In this document: positions 8,851-14,991 of the stretch, in pieces | Layout of the letters: each line of letters begins with the position of its first letter | Numbering within the stretch: position 1 is the stretch's first letter | Position numbers and translations under genes: made by a program | Origin: Halorientalis salina | Lineage (GTDB): Archaea > Halobacteriota > Halobacteria > Halobacteriales > Haloarculaceae | Length of the DNA: 24,000 bases | Direction: 5' to 3' | Assembly: GCF_005049285.1 (NCBI RefSeq) | Contig: NZ_SOSC01000010.1 | Coordinates: forward strand, 69,662 to 93,661 | The notes under the pieces: generated by a model | What the model was told of the DNA's origin: nothing | Database searches by the model: none | What the model saw: only the letters and a program-made list of their open reading frames with translations

Positions 8851-8863
8851 TACTAATAATTAG
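8851..8863 (+). promoter_or_regulatory. AT-rich TATA-like element (tactaataattag) ~26 bp upstream of the first paralog ATG
   Basis: This is the only AT-rich block in the 8796-8882 spacer. The spacing fits a leaderless or near-leaderless haloarchaeal transcript. Confidence 0.45.
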
Positions 8864-8882
8864 TTGGGAGACAGACACACAC

Positions 8883-9281
8883 ATGCCGTACAAGTCCGGA
8901 GAGAGCTGGGAAGTGGACATCGACCAGGGAACGAACAGGCTGTACCTCGAACTCGACGGATACCTCGAGAGCGACGCGGCCGGTGCGGCGGCGGACGCGA
9001 CGATAGAAGGGGCAAAGAAGCTGGATGCGGGGTTCGACATGATCAACGACCTCTCGAACTTCCAGCCCTCCGACGAGGAGGCGATGAAACACATCGAGCG
9101 CGGGAAGAAAGGCATCGCCAAACACGACGTGGCCGCCGTCGTGCGCGTGACGTCCGAGTCGACGACGGGACAGATGCAGTTCGACCGCGCCGGCGAGGAC
9201 GAGGAGAGCTATCAGCTCGCGATGGCCGACTCCCAGGAGAAAGCCGAGAAGCTACTGGACAAGCGACGCGAACAAGCATGA
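8883..9281 (+). CDS. small acidic protein, paralog 1 of 4 (STAS/SpoIIAA-like layout, uncharacterised family)
   Basis: 132 aa. It shares the pattern W-x-V-x-I/T-D...NRLYL-x-L-x-G...GFD-x-IND-x-S-x-F-x-P...ERGK...RV-x-SESTTGQMQFDRAGE...YQLA...AEKLLD with the next two genes. Confidence 0.85.
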   Translation: MPYKSGESWEVDIDQGTNRLYLELDGYLESDAAGAAADATIEGAKKLDAGFDMINDLSNFQPSDEEAMKHIERGKKGIAKHDVAAVVRVTSESTTGQMQFDRAGEDEESYQLAMADSQEKAEKLLDKRREQA

Positions 9282-9349
9282 GAGAGACCCACTATCAACG
9301 GTGAAAAACGGCGAGGAACGCTTTTGACCGGTACCGCGATACTCGCCCT

Positions 9350-9727
9350 ATGGGCGACTGGAGCGTCGAAATCGACGAGGAGCGGAGTCGAATATACCTC
9401 ACGCTGTCGGGCTACCTGGAGCTATCGGAACACGAGAAGGTGGCCGACGCCGTGACAGAGGCCGCGATCGACATGGACGGCGGGTTCGACCTCGTCAACG
9501 ACATGTCGAGTTTCGAGCCGGCCAGCGAGGACGCGATGGCGGAGATCAAACGCGGGAAGCGCGGCCTCGCCGAGAACGGTATGGAGGCCGCCGTCCGCGT
9601 CGTCTCCGAATCGACGACCGGCCAGATGCAGTTCGACCGCGCCGGCGAGGGCGTCGAGAACTACCAGCTCGCAAAGGCGAACTCGATCGACGAGGCCGAG
9701 AAACTGCTGGACTCGCGGGGCGACTAG
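9350..9727 (+). CDS. small acidic protein, paralog 2 of 4
   Basis: 125 aa. By hand count, 79 of 125 ungapped positions are identical to paralog 3. It contains the identical 15-mer SESTTGQMQFDRAGE. Confidence 0.85.
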   Translation: MGDWSVEIDEERSRIYLTLSGYLELSEHEKVADAVTEAAIDMDGGFDLVNDMSSFEPASEDAMAEIKRGKRGLAENGMEAAVRVVSESTTGQMQFDRAGEGVENYQLAKANSIDEAEKLLDSRGD

Positions 9728-9802
9728 GGAGACCCAGTCGTCGGACAGTCGGCCCGGGACGGGCTGAAACACGTGAGCGATTCGATCACACGGAGAACAC
9801 AC

Positions 9803-10186
9803 ATGGGCACTTGGAACGTCGACACGGACGAGGAGAAGAACAGACTGTACCTATCCCTGGACGGGCACTTCGAGGTCGAGGAAGTGGCGGAAGCGGCGGA
9901 TGCGGTTATCGAGGCCGCGGAGCGACTCGACCCGGGGTTCGACGAGATCAACGACATGTCCGGGTTCGAGCCGGCCGACCAGGAAGCGATGGACCACATC
10001 GAACGGGGCAAACGCGGGATCACCGAAAACGGCGTCGCGGCCGTCTGTCGCGTCGTCTCCGAGTCGACGACGGGCCAGATGCAGTTCGACCGCGCCGGCG
10101 AAGGCGAGGAGGACTACCAGTTGGCGAAAACCGACTCCATCGAGAAAGCCGAGAAACTGCTCGACGCGCGCCGCGAGGACAACTGA
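9803..10186 (+). CDS. small acidic protein, paralog 3 of 4
   Basis: Internal ATG of ORF 9773..10186. MGTWNVDTDEEKNRLYL aligns with the N-termini MGDWSVEIDEE and MGQWSVDVDEE of paralogs 2 and 4. GGAG lies 8-11 nt upstream. Confidence 0.85.
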   Translation: MGTWNVDTDEEKNRLYLSLDGHFEVEEVAEAADAVIEAAERLDPGFDEINDMSGFEPADQEAMDHIERGKRGITENGVAAVCRVVSESTTGQMQFDRAGEGEEDYQLAKTDSIEKAEKLLDARREDN

Positions 10187-10263
10187 CCCCAGCGCGGACC
10201 CCGAATCGATCGATACCCAACAGTCTGCGAACATTCATTACGGAGTGCTTACATCACAGGGGT

Positions 10264-10635
10264 ATGGGACAGTGGAGTGTCGACGTCGACGAGGAGCGCA
10301 ACCGGTTGTACGCGGAGCTCTCGGGCTTTTTCGTGGAAGAAGAGGCGACGGAGTCGACCGAGGAGTTCATCGAGGCGGCCGAACGACTGGAGACGGGATT
10401 CGACATGATCCAGGACCTCGCGGAACTCCAGATCGGAGATCCGGGCGCGGCGGAGCAACTCGAACGCGGCAAGCGCCGGCTCGCGGAGAACGGACTGGCC
10501 ACCGTCGTCCGGATCCCGCCGACCGCCACGACGAGCGAACTGCAGTACGAGGAGTCTGGCGAGGACGCCGAGAACTACGAGATCAGGACCGCGTCGTCGG
10601 TCACGGAAGCCGAGACGATCCTCGACAACCAGTAA
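10264..10635 (+). CDS. small acidic protein, paralog 4 of 4 (most divergent)
   Basis: In frame within ORF 9811..10635. MGQWSVDVDEERNRLYAELSGFF...GFDMIQDLAELQ...ERGKRRLAENG keeps the family pattern. The conserved SESTTGQMQFDRAGE block is replaced by PTATTSELQYEESGE. Confidence 0.8.
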   Translation: MGQWSVDVDEERNRLYAELSGFFVEEEATESTEEFIEAAERLETGFDMIQDLAELQIGDPGAAEQLERGKRRLAENGLATVVRIPPTATTSELQYEESGEDAENYEIRTASSVTEAETILDNQ

Positions 10636-10666
10636 GACGGCGGACGGGGAACCGTCAGTCGCCGTC
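10636..10666. terminator. interrupted 12-bp hairpin at the convergent junction of paralog 4 and the MBL hydrolase gene
   Basis: GACGGCG (10636-10642) pairs with CGCCGTC (10660-10666). An inner GACGG (10643-10647) pairs with CCGTC (10652-10656) around a GGAA loop. It overlaps the stop of the minus-strand gene. No T-tract is present, so the function is uncertain. Confidence 0.3.
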
Positions 10667-11578
10667 GGCCCCGTCGCGCTCGTCGAGGTAGGTCAGGACA
10701 CCGCGGACGTTCATTCGTTCTTCGCCGCGAGCCTTGCGCTCGCCCCAGATGCCGATCATATCGGTCCGCTCGGCGAAGTGCTCGATGACAGCGTCGTCGT
10801 CGTCGAGTTCCTCGCGTTTCGTCGCGACGCGATCGACCCACTCGGCGATGGCGTCCGCGTACTCCTGGAGGCGGTCGTCGGTCCGCGCCGAGCCGAAGTG
10901 CCCGTAACAGAGTACCTCGGGGTCCAGTTCCCGGATCGTGTCTATGTCAGCGAGCACCTGCTCCAAGTCGAAGTTCGACGGGGGCGAGGTGTGCTGGATG
11001 AACGCCTCGCTGGGGACGTAGATGCCCGCCGCGTCGGCGACGAACACGATCGCGTCGTCGGGTTCTTCGAAGACGACCTGATGGGGTGCGTGTCCCGGCG
11101 CGTGGTGGACGCGCAGTTCGCGGTCCCCGAGGTCGATGACGTCACCGTCGGTGAGTTCGCGGATGCGGTCCTCGGGGATCGGTTCCGGGTCGGTGTAGAA
11201 CGCCCACTGGTCGCCGACGGCCGCTTTCGTCCCCTCGATCAGTCGCGAGGGGTCGACGAGGTGGCGCGCGCCGATCTCGTGGATGGCGACGGTCGCGTTC
11301 GGACAGGCCGCCGCGAGGTGGCCCGCACCGCCCGCGTGGTCGAGGTGGACGTGCGTGAGCGCGATGACATCGAGATCCGCCGGCGCGATGCCGACCTCGT
11401 CCATCGCATCGAGGATCCGCTCGTACTCGGTCCCGATACCCGAATCGATCAGTGCGGGCCGCTCCCCGTCGACGATGTACACCGAGCCGTACTCGGGGGC
11501 GTCGTACATCCCGGTGTCGACGTAGTAGACGTCCTGACAGTCGCCCTCGGTCACCTCGAACACGTCGCCGATTGCCAT
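10655..11578 (-). CDS. MBL-fold metallo-hydrolase
   Basis: THVHLDHAGG (HxHxDH motif) plus a downstream HAPGHAPH. Start taken at MAIGDVFEV, an internal ATG of ORF 10655..11914. The upstream 112 aa are Arg-rich and overlap grpE in antisense. Confidence 0.9.
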   Translation of the reverse strand: MAIGDVFEVTEGDCQDVYYVDTGMYDAPEYGSVYIVDGERPALIDSGIGTEYERILDAMDEVGIAPADLDVIALTHVHLDHAGGAGHLAAACPNATVAIHEIGARHLVDPSRLIEGTKAAVGDQWAFYTDPEPIPEDRIRELTDGDVIDLGDRELRVHHAPGHAPHQVVFEEPDDAIVFVADAAGIYVPSEAFIQHTSPPSNFDLEQVLADIDTIRELDPEVLCYGHFGSARTDDRLQEYADAIAEWVDRVATKREELDDDDAVIEHFAERTDMIGIWGERKARGEERMNVRGVLTYLDERDGADGD

Positions 11579-11658
11579 ACCGGAGGACCGAAGCCCGCGG
11601 GGAAAAACGGTTCGGACGACCCGGGAAGTGAAGTCCCCGACACGCGTTTCCGTGACGT

Positions 11659-12240
11659 ATGCGAGAAGACGGGACAGCCGAACCCGACGGCGACGACGAC
11701 CGGGCCGACGAGGGTCTACCCGCGACATCGTCGATCGACGGCGCTGTCGGCGAGGAACTGACGCGACTGCGCGGCGAGATCGAGCAGCTATCGGTCGCGG
11801 TGGCGACCCTCCAGGAGGCCGACGAGGAGCGCGAACAGCGGCTCTCGGACCTCGAAACGCGCGTCGAGGACTACCAGCGGCGCGGCGAGCGCGAGCGCGA
11901 GCAACTGGCCGCACAGACGCTGGCCGACTTCGCCGACCGCATGCTGTCGGTCAAGGACAGCCTCGACAACGTCCTCGGGATGGCCGACCTGGACGAGGAC
12001 ACCGACCGACAGCTCTCGCTGGTCCGCAAACAGTTCGAGCAGTCCTTTACCGGCGGCGAGGTCGAGCGCATCCGCTCGGACGGCCAGTTCGACGCGAGCC
12101 GACACAAGATGGTCGAACGGGTGCCGGCCGACGACCGCGACGACGGCGAGATCGTCCGAGAACTCGACGCGGGCTATGCTCTGGGGGACCGCGTCCTCAG
12201 ACCGGCCCGCGTCGTGGTCGCGAAAGGCGACGGCTCCTGA
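11659..12240 (+). CDS. grpE: nucleotide exchange factor GrpE
   Basis: Acidic N-terminus, a long coiled-coil (LRGEIEQL...LETRVEDYQRRGEREREQL) and a C-terminal beta domain with GQFDASRHKMV (the FDPxxHxA-type motif) and GYALGDRVLRPARVVVAK. Confidence 0.85.
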   Translation: MREDGTAEPDGDDDRADEGLPATSSIDGAVGEELTRLRGEIEQLSVAVATLQEADEEREQRLSDLETRVEDYQRRGEREREQLAAQTLADFADRMLSVKDSLDNVLGMADLDEDTDRQLSLVRKQFEQSFTGGEVERIRSDGQFDASRHKMVERVPADDRDDGEIVRELDAGYALGDRVLRPARVVVAKGDGS

Positions 12241-12255
12241 CTCGTCGCCGAACGA

Positions 12256-13257
12256 TCAACCGCCAGCCAGATACCCGGCCAGTCCGCCGATGGCGACCGG
12301 GTAGACAAGCCCCATTATCAGAACTGCGCTGCCAAGGTCCGGCTGAATCGTGACGACGCCACCGGTCCCGCTGTACGAGAAGACGGTCATCGCGCCGAGG
12401 ACCGTGAGCGCGAGGTAGCCGACGGCGATCGTCGCGCCGGCCCGGGCGCTGTCGAACCGGGAGACGGGTTCGTCCATCGACGCTCGCGAGGCGAGTATCA
12501 TCCCGAACAGCAAGAGGAGCACTGCCGGGACGACGTAGTAGGCGATTTTCGGCACTATCGGGTCCAGCGTGGCGCTGTAGGCCTCTTCGACGAAGTTTAT
12601 CGACTCGTCACCGGCCGAGTCCGTAGTCTGGACTCCGTGTGCCGAGTAGAAGAACCAGCCGAACAGCGCGACCAGCGCATCGACCGAGTCCTCCACCGGA
12701 AGCACGCCCAGCCCGTCGCTGTCCTCCACTTCCAGGAGGACGAAGGCGGAGATGACGACGAAACTGATGAGATACGAGAACAGCCCGTAAATGACGCCGC
12801 CGACGATGGGCAGGTCCGAGAGCAGACTCGTGGCCGTTCCGGTCGTCTGCTGGTTGCCGCCCTGACGCGTGCCGCCACCGCGCTGGGCTCCCTGGCCCTG
12901 TCGCTGGTGACCGCCGGGCTGACTGCCCTGCGTCGGTTGCTGGTAATTGCCGGACTGACCACCCTGGCCCGGTTGCTGCTGACCGCCCTGCGTCGGTTGT
13001 TGCCGGCCGCCCTGCGTCGGTTGCTGTGGACCGCCACCGGATTGCTGGGGTTGGCCCCCGCCGACACTGACGGGTTGCCCGGACTCCTGGGTCCCCGATC
13101 CGGGCTGTTGGGGCGGTGTCTGGCCGGTCCCGTGTTCGTCGCCCTGGGTCGGTTGCGTGCCCTGTCCACCCTGCTCGTCCTGTGACAGCGTCACGCCACA
13201 CTCGGGACACTGCCGGTTCTGTGCGGACACCTCGGTCCCGCACGACGGACAGTACAT
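12256..13257 (-). CDS. zinc-ribbon membrane protein with a long Gln/Gly/Pro-rich low-complexity domain
   Basis: N-terminal MYCPSCGTEVSAQNRQCPECG (CxxC-x11-CxxC zinc ribbon). A Q/G/P/T-rich region of ~115 aa follows, with reiterated QQPTQGG units, then a C-terminal domain with several hydrophobic TM segments. Confidence 0.85.
   Translation of the reverse strand: MYCPSCGTEVSAQNRQCPECGVTLSQDEQGGQGTQPTQGDEHGTGQTPPQQPGSGTQESGQPVSVGGGQPQQSGGGPQQPTQGGRQQPTQGGQQQPGQGGQSGNYQQPTQGSQPGGHQRQGQGAQRGGGTRQGGNQQTTGTATSLLSDLPIVGGVIYGLFSYLISFVVISAFVLLEVEDSDGLGVLPVEDSVDALVALFGWFFYSAHGVQTTDSAGDESINFVEEAYSATLDPIVPKIAYYVVPAVLLLLFGMILASRASMDEPVSRFDSARAGATIAVGYLALTVLGAMTVFSYSGTGGVVTIQPDLGSAVLIMGLVYPVAIGGLAGYLAGG
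12838..13182 (-). repeat. Q/G/P-rich low-complexity coding region with imperfect reiterated units (QQPTQGG; DNA unit gccctgcgtcggttg on the + strand occurs 3 times)
   Basis: Read directly from the translation (aa 26-140 of the zinc-ribbon protein) and from the DNA. Confidence 0.85.
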
Positions 13258-13281
13258 ATCCGATCTTGAGACACCAGTCGT

Positions 13282-13288
13282 GTAAAAC
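13282..13288 (-). promoter_or_regulatory. TATA-like GTTTTAC centred ~28 bp upstream of the zinc-ribbon gene ATG (13257)
   Basis: The spacing matches the typical haloarchaeal TATA-to-start distance for leaderless mRNAs. This suggests the gene can be transcribed independently of the upstream Hsp70-like gene. Confidence 0.45.
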
Positions 13289-13326
13289 TTCTGAAAGCAG
13301 CAAACGGGAGTAGACCAGAACCGCCG

Positions 13327-14928
13327 TCAGGACCCGACCTGTGCCGTATCGCTGCCGTCGTCGGGCGAGGTGCCGGTGACGTTCTGTTCGACGGTGAGCG
13401 AGCCCTCGGCGTCGCCGTCGATGTCTTCGGCCGTCACGTGGAGAATGCCGTCGTCGTCGATCCGGAAGGTCACCTCGATGGTCGGGTCGCCGGCCGGGGC
13501 CTCCGGGATGCCGGTGAGCGTGAACTCGTCCAACTTCTCGTTCTCGCGAGCCGTTTCGTGTTCGCCCTGAAACACGTCGATGGCCATGATCGTCTGGTCG
13601 TCGCGGGTCGTCGTGTAGTACTTCGTCCCCGTCGCTTCCGTGATGGGCGTCCCCTTCTCGATCAAGACGTTGAAGCTGCCGTCCTTGACGCGGGTGCCCA
13701 GCGAGCGTGTGACGATGCTTTTGACCGTGATCTCGCCGCGTTCCTCGACTTTCTCGGCGTGATCCGCTGCCCCGTGTGCGTCGTCGACGTGGTTCTGGAA
13801 CGCCTCGCGGGCGTCGAAGGTCTCGCCGCAGGTGCAAGCGTACTGCTCCTCGACGGCCCCGCTCTTCTCGGCGTACAGCGCCGCCCCCTTCGCGACGATC
13901 TTGTCCGGTTCGAAGGTCAGTTCGGGATCGACGCCGGTGTAGTCGGCGACGCGTTCCTGGATGGCCGGCATCCGCGTCGACCCGCCCACCAGCAAGACGG
14001 TGTCGACGTCGCGGGTCGTGCGGTCGGCGTCGTCGAGCGCCTGTTCCAGCGGGGCCAGGGCTCGTTCCCGGAGGTCCTCCGTGATCGACTCGAAGGTGTC
14101 GCGGGTCAGCGTCTCCTCGACGTCGACGATCTCGCCGTCGACCTGGCCGAGTAGCGGTTCGATGAGTTCTGTCTCCGCGGCGGTCGAGAGGTCGATCTTC
14201 GCGCTCTCGCCGAGCGAGCGGAGGTTCGCCCGGAGTTCGTCCGCGGCCAGGACGTCGATGCCCCGGTCCCCCTCGATCCGGTCGGCGACGTGTTCGACGA
14301 TCGCCTCGTCGAAGTCGGTGCCGCCGAGGTGGTTGTCGCCACTGGTCGTCAGGATGGTGAAGGTGTCGTCGGCGATCTCCAGAACGGAGACGTCGAGCGT
14401 GCCGCCGCCGAAGTCGTAGACCACGAGCGTCTCCTCGTCGAGGCCGGCGTCGTAGCCGTGGGCGATGGCCGCCGCGGTCGGTTCGTTCAGGAGCGTGATC
14501 TCGTCGAAGCCGGCCAGTTCGGCTGCCCGTCGGGTCGCCTTCTTCTGGTCTGCGGTGAAGTAGGCCGGGACGGTGACGACGGCTCTCGTGACTTCCTCAC
14601 CGAGATAGGACTCGGCGTCAGCCTTGAGTTTCCGGAGGATCTCGGCGGAGATCTCGGCGGGGTCGTAGGACTCGCCGTCGATCTCGACGCCGTCACCCGT
14701 GCCGATGTGGCGCTTGATGGTTCTGATCGTTCGGTCGGGATTGGCGGGGGCGCGGTTCTCGGCGCGCCGGCCGACCACCGGGTCCCCGTCGTCGTCGAAG
14801 CTGACGACCGACGGCGTCAGCGGCTCGCCCTCGTTGTTCTGTAACATCTGGACGTCGTCGCCCTCGATGAGCGCCATGCCGCTGTTGGTCGTCCCGAGAT
14901 CGATCCCCAGGGCCTTCTCACTGACCAT
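13327..14928 (-). CDS. Hsp70/DnaK-family ATPase paralog, lid-less, with a zinc-finger-like insertion between the NBD and SBD
   Basis: MVSEKALGIDLGTTNS, VTVPAYF, NEPTAAAIAHG, DFGGGTLDVS and LVGGSTRMPAIQ are Hsp70 NBD motifs. IPEAPAGDPTIEVTFRIDDDGILHVTAED is the SBD-beta signature. The protein ends shortly after SBD-beta, at 533 aa from ATG 14928, with no helical lid or EEVD-like tail. AGGTG lies 11 nt upstream of the ATG. Confidence 0.9.
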   Translation of the reverse strand: MVSEKALGIDLGTTNSGMALIEGDDVQMLQNNEGEPLTPSVVSFDDDGDPVVGRRAENRAPANPDRTIRTIKRHIGTGDGVEIDGESYDPAEISAEILRKLKADAESYLGEEVTRAVVTVPAYFTADQKKATRRAAELAGFDEITLLNEPTAAAIAHGYDAGLDEETLVVYDFGGGTLDVSVLEIADDTFTILTTSGDNHLGGTDFDEAIVEHVADRIEGDRGIDVLAADELRANLRSLGESAKIDLSTAAETELIEPLLGQVDGEIVDVEETLTRDTFESITEDLRERALAPLEQALDDADRTTRDVDTVLLVGGSTRMPAIQERVADYTGVDPELTFEPDKIVAKGAALYAEKSGAVEEQYACTCGETFDAREAFQNHVDDAHGAADHAEKVEERGEITVKSIVTRSLGTRVKDGSFNVLIEKGTPITEATGTKYYTTTRDDQTIMAIDVFQGEHETARENEKLDEFTLTGIPEAPAGDPTIEVTFRIDDDGILHVTAEDIDGDAEGSLTVEQNVTGTSPDDGSDTAQVGS

Positions 14929-14991
14929 CTCGACTACACCTGCCTCGCCGCGGCATATCACGCTTTCGCCCGATGTGAGCGACGAAGCCGG

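Noticed and set aside
11579-11914. A 112-aa N-terminal extension of the MBL hydrolase ORF.
   Set aside because: The extension is an extremely Arg-rich, non-halophilic sequence that overlaps the grpE start region in antisense. The conserved MBL N-terminus starts at MAIGDVFEV.
13327-14961. Calling the Hsp70-family gene the canonical dnaK, and the locus a standard grpE-dnaK operon.
   Set aside because: The gene is on the opposite strand from grpE. It is ~100 aa shorter than DnaK, lacks the helical lid, carries a Cys/His insertion and has a divergent N-terminal region. It is better described as a paralog.
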